Positions 47,503-57,385 of a stretch of 64,000 nt of DNA are shown one piece after another (positions within the stretch are counted from its first letter, which is position 1; every line of letters begins with the position of its first letter). A program made the translations under genes and the position numbers. This stretch comes from Candidatus Freyarchaeum deiterrae (GTDB taxonomy: Archaea > Asgardarchaeota > Jordiarchaeia > Jordiarchaeales > Jordiarchaeaceae). The stretch covers positions 2,496,001 through 2,560,000 of the forward strand of contig CP147778.1 in assembly GCA_037305845.1 (NCBI GenBank), written 5' to 3'. The notes under the pieces were generated by a model, which was not told where the DNA came from, ran no database searches, and was given only the letters and a program-made list of their open reading frames with translations.

Positions 47503-48852
47503 TCACGAAGCTGCTTCTAGTTCCTTCTTAACCTGCCCTATGACTTTCTCAGTTTCACCCTTCTCTGTCAGCATCCTAGTCTTCTTCTCTTTGAGGACAT
47601 CTCTAGCCTTTTTTATACGCTGAGAGAGTTTTTTCCTCATCTCAGGCGTCATTTCTGGAACTTTCTCCTCAGCGATTGGAATTTCCTCTTCCTTTTCTCG
47701 CTGAATCTTCACTATGCGTATTTTGGGTATTTCGTCAGCTTTGCCTACTAGTTTCAGAAATGTCTGCTCCCACATTTTGCTCCAGGGAGTTTCATTAGGC
47801 TTCGTGTAGTGGACATCCTTTCGGGCAATCTCTATGATTTTCTCCGGACATGCTTTTTCACAAGCTCCGCAGAAACCGCAGAAGTCCTGATTAAAAGCTA
47901 TTTTATCAAACTTCTCTTTTTCCTCGAGAGTTTCGGGAATAAACCAAACCTTGGAGGGACAAATATTCAGACACGCTTTACAACCCACTGGATCGCACTT
48001 CTCCGGGTGGTGCAGCCGGATCTCCCCCTCGAAAGCCTTAGTTACACTTATTGCTTCTTTTGGGCACACCATTTTGCACAAGCCACACGTTAAGCATTTT
48101 TCTCGGTCTATTTTAATGTCTCCAGACCACTCTAACTCCTTAATTTCTCTTTTAACATCCGTTTTGCAATTAACTCTTATAGCATCATAGGGGCAAATCT
48201 TTTCACACAACCCGCAGTAGTCACACTCGTCTTCAACCACTCGGATGTTGCCTCCCGGCTTCGGATTATTGGGGGTCACGTCTCTCCAGCCAATCTCTAT
48301 GGCGTTGCACAGTCTCGCGCAGAGTCCGCAGTACGTACACTTGTCCTTATCAATGGTGATTTCTCCCTCTATTTTCGCGGGCTTCTCCCCTTCGTAGATA
48401 ACCAAGTCCTCCTTCTTGGGAATTTTAAGTTCAGCGTTAATAGACCTATTGGGACAGCATTTTTCACATATTAGACATGGCACACATTTTTCTTTGTCTA
48501 CATTGATGTCCTTAACGAACTGAGGGTAATCAGCACTATCCTCTATGTACTTATCGCCCATTTTCAGCTTCATAGCCTTGGTCAAACAAACCGCGGAGCA
48601 TAAACCACAGTAGCTACACTTGTTCTGGTCAACCACTACCTTAGGTGCTTCCACCTCATGCATCGCGATCTCCGGTATCGGTCCCATCTCTATGGCGTCA
48701 CAGGGGCAGACCAGTTTGCATAACCCGCAGCCGGAGCATCTTGTGGCGTCGTAGTCGAGTGTTTTCTTCAGCTTTTCGGTGTTCCATCTGAAGATCATTC
48801 TGTCGTCTTCAACTTCCATTGTGATTTCCAATTCTACCTGTTCGGTCAACAT
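47503..48852 (-). CDS. polyferredoxin, formylmethanofuran dehydrogenase FwdF-like
   Basis: Eight CxxCxxCxxxC-type clusters; CSGCGLC..VCP.DAIEMGP, CDPVGCKACLNICP. Confidence 0.85.
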   Translation of the reverse strand: MLTEQVELEITMEVEDDRMIFRWNTEKLKKTLDYDATRCSGCGLCKLVCPCDAIEMGPIPEIAMHEVEAPKVVVDQNKCSYCGLCSAVCLTKAMKLKMGDKYIEDSADYPQFVKDINVDKEKCVPCLICEKCCPNRSINAELKIPKKEDLVIYEGEKPAKIEGEITIDKDKCTYCGLCARLCNAIEIGWRDVTPNNPKPGGNIRVVEDECDYCGLCEKICPYDAIRVNCKTDVKREIKELEWSGDIKIDREKCLTCGLCKMVCPKEAISVTKAFEGEIRLHHPEKCDPVGCKACLNICPSKVWFIPETLEEKEKFDKIAFNQDFCGFCGACEKACPEKIIEIARKDVHYTKPNETPWSKMWEQTFLKLVGKADEIPKIRIVKIQREKEEEIPIAEEKVPEMTPEMRKKLSQRIKKARDVLKEKKTRMLTEKGETEKVIGQVKKELEAAS

Positions 48853-49037
48853 TTATCCTTCCTTTTCTAGTTTTTTATGGAAGTTCTCCGTTTTTGGTTG
48901 TGGACCTTTTGTGTGACTTGTTTTCTTTGGGTTTTGTGTCGGGTGGGTTTTTACGTGTTGATGGTTTGCTCTTTGGTTAAATGCTTCCTTGCTCGCTTGT
49001 TCTTATTGCTCTTTTATTCTAGGGCACGGTGTTTCCT

Positions 49038-49071
49038 CTCATTTATAAGTCTTCCACATAAATCATCCGCC
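49038..49071 (-). promoter_or_regulatory. promoter motif shared with hdrA-mvhD
   Basis: 29/34 identity to 54893-54926; minus strand GGCGGATGATTT-N2-GTGGAA-N3-TTATAAATGAG. Confidence 0.7.
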
Positions 49072-49317
49072 TCTCTTATCGACTTGTATTTACAGAGGAT
49101 TAGCAAGAAATGCCCCTATCATCCCTCAAGATGCTTTTTAAATGGTTTTTTTCTAGTTGAAACCGTTAAGAATTTAAGACAAAAAATATTTTAAATACAT
49201 TATATAATAGGATTAGAAACGACTGTTTAGCGTGCTAATTTGGGATAATATAATAACTCAGTTGGGATATAACTTATACGCTATTGGTTACATTAATTGT
49301 TTTGGGGCGTATGATAA

Positions 49318-50211
49318 ATGGGAAAACTTGAACCGGATGCGGGAAAGATATTAAAAATGATGGAGAAGAAAGATGTTAAGGGGCTGATAGGTGCCTTAAT
49401 ACAGGCCTCCAAGCCTGAATGCACGAGGCTGTGTGGCAGAAAAATGGCGGAGTCTATAACAGAGGAATTCGTCAGAATAGGGAAACCAGCAGTTGGCCCA
49501 CTCATTAAAACTCTATACTCTGCCCACTTTGAAGCTCGAGAATATATAGCTGAGGCTCTTGCAAAGATAGGAGAACCTGCTGTGGACCCCCTTATCTGGG
49601 AGCTGAGGACTAAAAATAGAAACGTTCGGGAGTACGCAGCAAAAATCCTTGGGCGGTTAGGCGATAAGAGGGCGGTAGAACCACTAATAAAAGCACTTGA
49701 AGATGATTCTAGCTGGATTCGAGATAAAGCAGCATGGTCTCTGGGAGAGTTGGGTGATAAGAAAGCAGTAAAACCACTAATACAATCACTGACCGAATAT
49801 CCCGATATGCGAAATGCAACAATAGAGGCTCTGGGAAAGCTTAGTGATAAGAGGGCGGTAAAACCACTAATAAACGCACTGGATGACGAATACCCACAAG
49901 TTCGAAGAAGCGCAGCATGGGCACTCGGAAAGATAGGGGATGAGAGAGCAGTAGAACCCCTCTTTCGAGTCATAAGCGATGGCAAATCTTATCTGACAAA
50001 CACCCAATCCATGGGAGAAGAAAATGTTAAACAACAACAAATGCTAGGCCAACAAGTGGATACCGTACTAACCGCAGCAGAAGCTCTTGGCACAATGGGT
50101 AAACTCGAATTAAAACCCCTCATACAGGCATTAGGCGAAGATGATCCTTCAGCTCGCGAAGCCGCGGAATGGACCTTAGCGCAGGTCAAGGAGAGAACGC
50201 GAGAAAAGTAA
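49318..50211 (+). CDS. HEAT (PBS lyase) repeat protein
   Basis: Repeats of VR..AA..LG.LGDKRAV.PLI.AL. Confidence 0.9.
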   Translation: MGKLEPDAGKILKMMEKKDVKGLIGALIQASKPECTRLCGRKMAESITEEFVRIGKPAVGPLIKTLYSAHFEAREYIAEALAKIGEPAVDPLIWELRTKNRNVREYAAKILGRLGDKRAVEPLIKALEDDSSWIRDKAAWSLGELGDKKAVKPLIQSLTEYPDMRNATIEALGKLSDKRAVKPLINALDDEYPQVRRSAAWALGKIGDERAVEPLFRVISDGKSYLTNTQSMGEENVKQQQMLGQQVDTVLTAAEALGTMGKLELKPLIQALGEDDPSAREAAEWTLAQVKERTREK

Positions 50212-50347
50212 TGAACAGCCAAAAGCATATAAAACGACTCAGTAAGATCTTTAAATCTTTTACTTCCCCACCTTAGATAGTGTCAACTTAAGATTAATTT
50301 GAAGGGATTTCCCTACTCTCAGTTATTATTCGACCAATTTTTGAGAG

Positions 50348-50607
50348 CGGATCAACCGTGAGGCCTGTAAACTTCGAAATCTGCGTCAAAAGCTTTCCAA
50401 TGGAAACCATTTGGCATCACTTTCCGCATAATGAGGATTTATCCAACCAACGACAAAATGATAATCCTAGAAGAGAAATGCATAGGCTGCGGAGTGTGCT
50501 CCCACAAATGCCCCAGAGAAGCCATAACCATGATAAGAGTGCGGGAAGAAATACTCGAGGAAAAGATTAGTGGGGCAATGATAGATTCGATAAGGAAAGA
50601 CTACTAA
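50348..50607 (+). pseudogene. frameshifted remnant of a 4Fe-4S dicluster protein
   Basis: MIILEEKCIGCGVCSHKCPREAITM (50458-50607) plus out-of-frame decayed first cluster (ACKL/EICVKSFPMETI). Confidence 0.6.
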
Positions 50608-50703
50608 TTTCGTTCAAAATGTGTTCTTATTTACGGTCATGTGTCTGCTAGGTAACTCTTCTTAGGTTTGGTAAGACTTATTTGTAAGAAAATGTAAGAT
50701 ATA

Positions 50704-50976
50704 TTGGTGGTAATTGTGGTATCGTTTGAGCAATTGTTTAAGGTTAAAGTTACCTCTAAAGGTCAGGTTGTTATTCCTAAACCCCTCCGCGAATTTTACC
50801 ACATTAGAGAGGGCGAAGAAATACTTATGATTCCTCTTGAGAAAGGCGTTCTAATAAAGAGAGAGGAGGGGTCATCTGAGTTAAGAGGACTACTCAAAGA
50901 GCTTGACGTTGTTGACGTAATCGAACTTGAGGATATTCTCGCTGAAGCGAAAAGAAGCCTCACAAAGATGGTTTAG
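50704..50976 (+). CDS. AbrB/MazE/SpoVT-family antitoxin
   Basis: VKVTSKGQVVIPKPLRE..IREGE. Confidence 0.88.
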   Translation: MVVIVVSFEQLFKVKVTSKGQVVIPKPLREFYHIREGEEILMIPLEKGVLIKREEGSSELRGLLKELDVVDVIELEDILAEAKRSLTKMV

Positions 50977-51366
50977 ATGAAAACATACGTATCAGATGCC
51001 GTGGCTTTCCTATACTTTCTCTTGGATAGGCTTCCACACGGAGCAGATGAAGTTTTTAAAGAAGCAGAAAAAGGACGGGCTGTTGTATACTTGCCCACGA
51101 TAGCCGCAGCCGAACTCTATTATCTTTTCGAGAAAAAAGGATGGCTAGAACGGTGGGATAAACTCAGAGAAAAAATGTCAGAAGCAGTAACATTTCGATA
51201 TTACCCCTTTGATGAAAAGGTTTTAAACCTCCTTAAATCTAGCAAGGCTAAGGAACTTCATGACAAAATCATAATTTTAACAGCTAAAGCTCTTAAGGCG
51301 GATGCGCTCCTGACAAAGGATGAGGAACTGGTAAAGATTAGAGAAGTAAACATTATTTGGACATGA
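50977..51366 (+). CDS. PIN-domain (VapC-like) toxin
   Basis: YVSDA, AAAEL, ELHDKII..TA, LLTKD; abuts the antitoxin. Confidence 0.85.
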   Translation: MKTYVSDAVAFLYFLLDRLPHGADEVFKEAEKGRAVVYLPTIAAAELYYLFEKKGWLERWDKLREKMSEAVTFRYYPFDEKVLNLLKSSKAKELHDKIIILTAKALKADALLTKDEELVKIREVNIIWT

Positions 51367-51698
51367 GCAATTATTGACTTCCACTTTAAAGAATGCCGTG
51401 CACCAATAAAATTTTCATTCATGGTTGTGTTTTAAGAAGCTAATTAAACTTGACTTATGCCCGAATACATTGTCAACTTCTTTTAGGGGATCCCTCAAAA
51501 TTAATCTTAAGTTGACACTATCCCACCTTAGAAGACTAGATGAGAAAGCAGGCAGCAGTTCACTTCAGTTTATAAAAATCCTTTTAATAAAAAATTCCAA
51601 AGTTTTTAATATGGTTCATTGTTCCTGTTTTCAATTCCTTATGAAGCGGGACAACGAATGGTAGACCAAAACTTAATAAAACGAGCAGAACGATAATA

Positions 51699-52391
51699 AT
51701 GAGAGTACTTGGGAGGTACCCTACCGTGTCAAGAAAATCTCAGCCAGACAAAAGCAACGCTAAAACGGGGGAAAAATATGATAAATTGCTCGAAAAAGGC
51801 AACGCTCTTCATAAGCTTGGTAAACTTGACGAAGCACTAAAAAGTTTTAACGAGGCAATAAAAATAAACCCAGAAGATCCAGAAGTCTGGACTAATAAGG
51901 GTGCTGCTCTTTTTGGGCTGGGCAGGTTTGAAGATGCCCTAGAATGCTTTGATGAGGCAATAAAAATAAACCCAGAAGATGCAGTAGCATGGTATAATAA
52001 GGGTGCTGCTCTCAATGAACTTGGTAGAGCTGAGGAAGCCGTAAAATGCCATGACGAGGCAATAAAAATAGACCCCGAAGATGCGGGAGTCTGGACTAAT
52101 AAGGGTGCTGCTCTTTTTGGGCTGGGCAGAATTGATGAAGCCCTAGAATGCTTTGATGAGGCAATAAAAATAGACCCCGAGTATGAAAACGCTTGGACTA
52201 ATAAGGGTGCTGCTCTTTTTGGGCTGGGCAGAATTGATGAAGCCCTAGAAAGCTATGACGATGCAATAAAAATAAACCCAAAGTATGCAAGAGCATGGTA
52301 TAATAAGGGTGTTGTCCTTCATGATCTTGGTAGAGATGAGGAAGCCAAGCGATGCTTTGATGAAGCCGCCAAATTAAACCCAGAGCTTTAA
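51699..52391 (+). CDS. TPR protein with near-identical 34-aa repeats
   Basis: WTNKGAALFGLGR.DEALECFDEAIKI.P repeats. Confidence 0.9.
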   Translation: MRVLGRYPTVSRKSQPDKSNAKTGEKYDKLLEKGNALHKLGKLDEALKSFNEAIKINPEDPEVWTNKGAALFGLGRFEDALECFDEAIKINPEDAVAWYNKGAALNELGRAEEAVKCHDEAIKIDPEDAGVWTNKGAALFGLGRIDEALECFDEAIKIDPEYENAWTNKGAALFGLGRIDEALESYDDAIKINPKYARAWYNKGVVLHDLGRDEEAKRCFDEAAKLNPEL

Positions 52392-52435
52392 CCCTCATTC
52401 AGATAGGTAGGTTGCCGCAACCCACATGAAATCTC

Positions 52436-54802
52436 CTACATGGGTTTTTCCACAAGTTCTGAACCTATGGTAGGTAAACTGCGCAGTTCCTCCGTGAACT
52501 CTTTTATTACATTGGCGAACTTTTTGCCCTCTGATGCTGAGGCGCTTTCCAGCTTTAGCCTCTTTGGATTGATGCCTATTGATTTGAGCATCTCCTTTAG
52601 AACTTCTACTCGCCGCTGAGTTTTCAGGAACCCTGTTCTGTAATGACAGTCTTGAGGGTAGCATCCCATTATGAGTACTCCATCCGCTCCCTTCTCCAGA
52701 GCCTCAAGTACAAATTGTGGATTCACTCTTCCACTGCACATTACCCATATGGGTCTTACGTTGGTGGGGTATCTTACCTTGTTTAGTCCCGCGGTGTCTG
52801 CGGCTTCGTAGGCGCAGTAATTGCAGAGGAATGCAATTATGAGTGGATACTCTTTCTTCTCCTTGAGGGCGGTGTCTATCTGACTGATTATCTGGGCATC
52901 TGTGGATATTGGAATCTGTATTGCTCCCGATGGGCAAGCCGCTGCGCACGCTCCGCAACCTTCGCAGCCAGCTTCGCTTACGCTTACTCCTTCTTTGCTT
53001 ATGGTGATTACTCCTCGGTCGCAAGCGGTGGCGCATATGCCGCATTTAAAGCATTCTTCGGGGTCTATGACTGGGACGTAGGGTTCGATTTCCACCTCTC
53101 CCTTTGAGAGCAGTCCGGCAACTTTTGCTGCTGCTGCTCCTGCTTGAGAGACGCTGTCCTGTATGTCTTTGGGGCTCTGAGCGCATCCCGCGACATAGAC
53201 TCCCGGTGTCTGGGTTTCTACTGGCCTTAGTTTGGGGTGACGCTCAAGGACGAAACCGTCGCTGCTCAGAGGAACCCCTAGATTTGATAAGAGGTTTTCT
53301 TCTTCTATTGGAGGGGATATGCCTATTGAGAGTACCACGAGGTCTGCTTCAACCTCCACTGGGTGCCCCATTAGGCTGTCTTCCGCTCTTACTATGAGGT
53401 TCTTGGTTTTAGGATTCTCGAGTATCTTGCTGACTCTTCCTCTTATGAATCGAATTCTGTACTCGCTTAACGCGTCTTGGTAAGCTTCCTCGAATCCCTT
53501 GCCGAAGGTTCTCATGTCCTGATAGAATATGTATACCTCGGATTCTGGAACGTGGTCCTTTACTTCCTTGGCTTCTTTTACGGCGTAGGTGCAGCAAACC
53601 CGAGAACAGTAAGGTTTACCGATGCTTTCGTCTCTGGAACCAACACACTGTACGAAAACGATTTTTTTTGGTGGCATGCCATCGGATGGTCTGACGATGT
53701 CTCCCAGCGTGGGCCCGGAGGCGCAGAACATTCTTTCCAACTCTAGGCTTGTGACTACGTTGTCAAATCTGCCGTAGCCATAATTGTCCTTGATTGTGGG
53801 GTCGAAGGGCTCAAAGCCCGTGGCGAGGATTATTGCTCCGAAGGTATCTTCAATTATCTCCTCTTTCTGGTCTAGGTCTATTGCCTCCCTGTTGCAAACA
53901 CCTTCACAGTTTCGGCAACCCACGCAGTGATCCGGATCGATAGTGTAAACAGTGGGTGTCGCTTGGGGGAAGGGCATATAAACGGCTTTCCTCATTCCCA
54001 GTCCGCAGTCAAATTCGCTGGGGACTTCAATTGGGCAGTAGTCGGCGCAGATTCCGCAGCCCGTGCACTCTTCCTCCTTAATGAATCGGGCCTTTTTTCT
54101 TATCTTAACCTTGAAATTGCCTATCTCGCCTGATACGCTATCTACCTCTGCGTATGTGATTAGCTTAATGTGGGGGTGTCTATTCGCTTCTACCATCAGG
54201 GGCGCAAGAATACATATGCTGCAGTCATGGTAGGGGAAAACCTTGTCCAGCTGGCTCATATGGCCTCCGATGCTGGGATTCCTTTCAACCAAGGAAACAT
54301 CATATCCCATATCCGCCAGATTAAGTGATGCATTAATTCCAGCCACGCCTCCTCCTATGACCAGAACTTTCTTCTCCACGGGCACCGTGTGTTTAGGCTG
54401 TGGCTGCATGAGTCGGGCTCTCTCGATAGCCATTTTTATAAGGTCTTCCGCCTTATTGGTCGCCCTTACGCTATCCCCCTTATGAACCCAAGAACACTGC
54501 TCCCTAATGTTAGCAATCACTAATAAATACTTGTTTAATCCAGCCTCCTCCACGGTTTGCCGGAATAGCTTTTCATGAAGTTTAGGCGTACAGGAGGCGA
54601 CAACAACCCTCTCCAATTTTTCCTCTTTTATCTTCTCACTTATAATCTTGAGGCCAGGATCGGCACACATGTAGGTGTAATCTTCAACATAAACATTCGG
54701 CAACTTTTTGAGTGATTCAACAAGATTGGGCATGTTAACTACGCCAGCGATGTTCGACCCGCAATGGCATACGAACACTCCAACCTTGGGAACTTCAGAC
54801 AT
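52436..54802 (-). CDS. hdrA: heterodisulfide reductase HdrA fused to MvhD
   Basis: GVFVCHCG.NIAG, ANIREQCSWVH, VIGGGVAG, QCVGSRD, YCSRVCC, PKDI..SV; C-terminal AFLCNYCAY.AAD, CSGRV, GC..DCHY (MvhD). Confidence 0.93.
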   Translation of the reverse strand: MSEVPKVGVFVCHCGSNIAGVVNMPNLVESLKKLPNVYVEDYTYMCADPGLKIISEKIKEEKLERVVVASCTPKLHEKLFRQTVEEAGLNKYLLVIANIREQCSWVHKGDSVRATNKAEDLIKMAIERARLMQPQPKHTVPVEKKVLVIGGGVAGINASLNLADMGYDVSLVERNPSIGGHMSQLDKVFPYHDCSICILAPLMVEANRHPHIKLITYAEVDSVSGEIGNFKVKIRKKARFIKEEECTGCGICADYCPIEVPSEFDCGLGMRKAVYMPFPQATPTVYTIDPDHCVGCRNCEGVCNREAIDLDQKEEIIEDTFGAIILATGFEPFDPTIKDNYGYGRFDNVVTSLELERMFCASGPTLGDIVRPSDGMPPKKIVFVQCVGSRDESIGKPYCSRVCCTYAVKEAKEVKDHVPESEVYIFYQDMRTFGKGFEEAYQDALSEYRIRFIRGRVSKILENPKTKNLIVRAEDSLMGHPVEVEADLVVLSIGISPPIEEENLLSNLGVPLSSDGFVLERHPKLRPVETQTPGVYVAGCAQSPKDIQDSVSQAGAAAAKVAGLLSKGEVEIEPYVPVIDPEECFKCGICATACDRGVITISKEGVSVSEAGCEGCGACAAACPSGAIQIPISTDAQIISQIDTALKEKKEYPLIIAFLCNYCAYEAADTAGLNKVRYPTNVRPIWVMCSGRVNPQFVLEALEKGADGVLIMGCYPQDCHYRTGFLKTQRRVEVLKEMLKSIGINPKRLKLESASASEGKKFANVIKEFTEELRSLPTIGSELVEKPM

Positions 54803-54892
54803 AATTTTTTACACCTTCTCCAAACTAAACGGGTGTGCCATGAAAAATTCACACACACAACTAACTCACATTTCTAAGAAACGGTTATCCAC

Positions 54893-54926
54893 CTCATTTA
54901 TAAAGATTCCACCAAAATCATCCGCC
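54893..54926 (-). promoter_or_regulatory. promoter motif shared with the fwdF-like gene
   Basis: 29/34 identity to 49038-49071; contains TTATAAA. Confidence 0.7.
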
Positions 54927-55118
54927 CATTCGCCTCAGAATATAAAAATCAAGCGTTCCTAAGCCAAAATTTAGACCTCTTGCGTCCAAAGTTTTGAGTC
55001 AATGCGTTTTGTGATAAAATACTAAAAAGAGGAATAGACACATACTCGAACCTAAAGCAGTCGAATTATTTTTTTTATAATTGTTCAACTTTGCGGTATT
55101 GATAATTTGAGTTTTATC

Positions 55119-55550
55119 TTATCCCTTAACTTTTCTCAGGACGATGCAGTTCTCCAGGCTTATTATCCCTTTTGTTTCTCTCATTTTTTCCACGAAGTCG
55201 TTCAGTTCTAGGAGATTATTAACGTGAACCTTCATGTTTAAGCCGCAGCCGCCGGTCATGAGATGCGCTTCTTCTACTTCCTTCATTTCGGCGATTTTGT
55301 TTATTATCTCATTCTGTCTGTGTGCTGCTGGGTGCACGGTTACCAGTGCTGTTATTCTGTTCCCGAATAATTCGGGATTCAGTATTATTGTAAATTTTTT
55401 AATGATTCCCTCATCCATTAATCTCTGAACTCTCTTTTTGACGGTTATAATGCTTAAACCGAGTTCCTCCGAAATATCCTTGATTGATTTTCTACTGTCT
55501 TCCGAGAGAATCTTAATCAGTTTCTCATCTGTATCATCAATTTTTATCAT
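55119..55550 (-). CDS. Lrp/AsnC family regulator
   Basis: IDDTDEKLIKIL..DSR, GIIKKFTI, RAM domain. Confidence 0.9.
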   Translation of the reverse strand: MIKIDDTDEKLIKILSEDSRKSIKDISEELGLSIITVKKRVQRLMDEGIIKKFTIILNPELFGNRITALVTVHPAAHRQNEIINKIAEMKEVEEAHLMTGGCGLNMKVHVNNLLELNDFVEKMRETKGIISLENCIVLRKVKG

Positions 55551-55760
55551 CCTTTGAAAACCTCGTTTTTTATTTAGTGAAGTTACCTGCCTGTATATCA
55601 GTGATTCCGGCTTCTATATTCGACTAATGCCAATGGATAAAATAATCCTAGTTGTGTTTTTGAAAGGGCAGAATAGATTAGCCTTTTGATAGGTGTTAAT
55701 ACTTTTGACCAGGAAAGTTGGTTCTTTTTACTGATTCTGGTTTAGAAGTTCCTGCTTATG

Positions 55761-56201
55761 CTAAATTAGTAGTGATCTTTTTAGTTCTTTTAACGCGATG
55801 CAGCTTTCTAAAGCTGTAATTGTCGGTTCCTTTTGCAGTTTTTCTAGGAAGCCGTTTAAACTCTGTAAATCCTTAACCACAACCTTCATGTTTACTCCAC
55901 ACTTCCCTGACATGGAGTATGCTTCCACCACTTCGGGCAAGTATTTTACCAGTTCTTCTACTTCTCTTTCCCTCTGGTTCTGAGGATAAGCAGTAACATA
56001 AGCAATTACCGATCTCCCGCTCTTCTCTGGATTGAGGGCTAGCGTGAACTTCTCTATAACTTTGTCCTCCACCAGTTTTTTAACTCTCTTCCTCACCGTG
56101 GATTCTGTTACTCCTAGTTCGTCAGCAATTTCTCGGTACGGTCTCCGACAATCACTGATTAGCATATCAACAATTTTCTTGTTTACTTGATCCATTTCCA
56201 T
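55761..56201 (-). CDS. Lrp/AsnC family regulator (tandem paralog)
   Basis: RRPYREIADELGVTESTVRKRVKKL. Confidence 0.9.
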   Translation of the reverse strand: MEMDQVNKKIVDMLISDCRRPYREIADELGVTESTVRKRVKKLVEDKVIEKFTLALNPEKSGRSVIAYVTAYPQNQREREVEELVKYLPEVVEAYSMSGKCGVNMKVVVKDLQSLNGFLEKLQKEPTITALESCIALKELKRSLLI

Positions 56202-56806
56202 GGTTATCTATCTCCTCCTTAGCGGAACCTAATTCGACTGTTTTTGATGCTCTTCATTACTTGCTATTACTTATTTCGGAAAATTTATAAACATTTTGAA
56301 ATATAAACGCATCTTTTTGAAAAAAAAATAATGAAAATGGTAATTAATAATCCCAAAAATCCGAGTGCATATTAAATATAGCCCACTTAATCATTTTAGA
56401 AGGAAATGCTCGGTAATTTTGCGAATTTAAACGTTAATCATTCCTGATTCTAACGAAACTAGCACTATGAGAAAGAAAATAAGCTCCATTCCGGTTCCAA
56501 TATCTGTAAAATGGGTATTAACTTTAAAAGTGGAAAAACCTTTCCTATTTTAGGCAAAAATTTGCAAAAACTAACCTAAAAAGTAGTATAAAATTATCCA
56601 ATTTTACCAATAATGGTACCACAAGGTTTTTAAGATGGGTTATTTTGGTGTCGCGCTGGGACTTACTTCGGAAAAAGCTTTCCTAAATTCGTACTTTTAG
56701 CTGCTTAAACTTCACAAATCATCACAGAATATGGCTTGAAATTCCTATTTCTGACCCCCACTGTATTATATTATAGAGAGAGAAAAAATTGCGGAAGTGG
56801 TGAGTT

Positions 56807-57379
56807 ATGAAAGTTTATGTTCCCCTGAAAGAGAATAAAAATCCCGGTGCGACCATGTGGGTCGCGAAAGTAGGATATGAATTAAATGTAGCCTTTTACG
56901 CCATTTCTGACAATATGAATGAGTTATACGAATCTGTAAATGAGAAAGCCCAAAACCACTACTCTGGATTACTGGAACTAAAAAAGAGCTTCCTCAATGT
57001 AAAAAAGACCCGCTTAGGCGAGGTGGACATACCGGAGAACATAATAAACTCAGCCACAAGAAAAATCGAAGAAAAGGAAAACCAAGAGGTAAAAATACCT
57101 CCAAGCATTTTGGTTCCTTTAGAACTAGAGTTGGTTCCCGTAGTGAATTTCGACACTGATGATATGGACCCCGAATTCAGTCGATTTGTTGAGGCTAGAA
57201 ACATACTATCCAAAGAAGAGATAAAATTCCTCAACGGGTTAGACGATGAATCCAAACTCACTTTAATTGCAAATGAGGACCAGCTAGTTTGGCTGTGCCA
57301 AAAGGGTAACGAAAAAGCAGATTACGACGCAATTAACGGAAAAAGATTAGTTAACGAATTAATAAATTTAAGGAGTTGA
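56807..57379 (+). CDS. hypothetical protein
   Basis: ggtga SD; 190-aa ORF 6 bp upstream of the metF-like gene. Confidence 0.65.
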   Translation: MKVYVPLKENKNPGATMWVAKVGYELNVAFYAISDNMNELYESVNEKAQNHYSGLLELKKSFLNVKKTRLGEVDIPENIINSATRKIEEKENQEVKIPPSILVPLELELVPVVNFDTDDMDPEFSRFVEARNILSKEEIKFLNGLDDESKLTLIANEDQLVWLCQKGNEKADYDAINGKRLVNELINLRS

Positions 57380-57385
57380 GAAAGG

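Larger units (their letters stand above)
50276..51522. mobile_element. non-autonomous transposon (25-bp perfect TIRs, 8-bp TSD) carrying a TA pair and a ferredoxin remnant
   Basis: TIR gatagtgtcaacttaagattaattt at 50276-50300 and its reverse complement ending 51522; ccacctta duplicated at 50268-75 and 51523-30; no transposase inside. Confidence 0.85.

Noticed and set aside
48877-49194. 105-aa hydrophobic plus-strand ORF
   Set aside because: Low-complexity G/T-rich sequence overlapping the fwdF-like leader and promoter; likely spurious.
49293-49985. 230-aa antisense ORF (and other long antisense ORFs such as 17908-18444, 32216-32677, 12572-13003)
   Set aside because: Shadows of well-supported genes on the opposite strand, with no motifs of their own.
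51699-52391. CRISPR array or DGR target
   Set aside because: The repeats are in-frame 102-bp TPR coding units without unique spacers; no reverse transcriptase or cas genes are present.
52436-54802. Selenocysteine recoding in HdrA/MvhD
   Set aside because: The ORF is uninterrupted and has Cys at the relevant motifs; no in-frame TGA.
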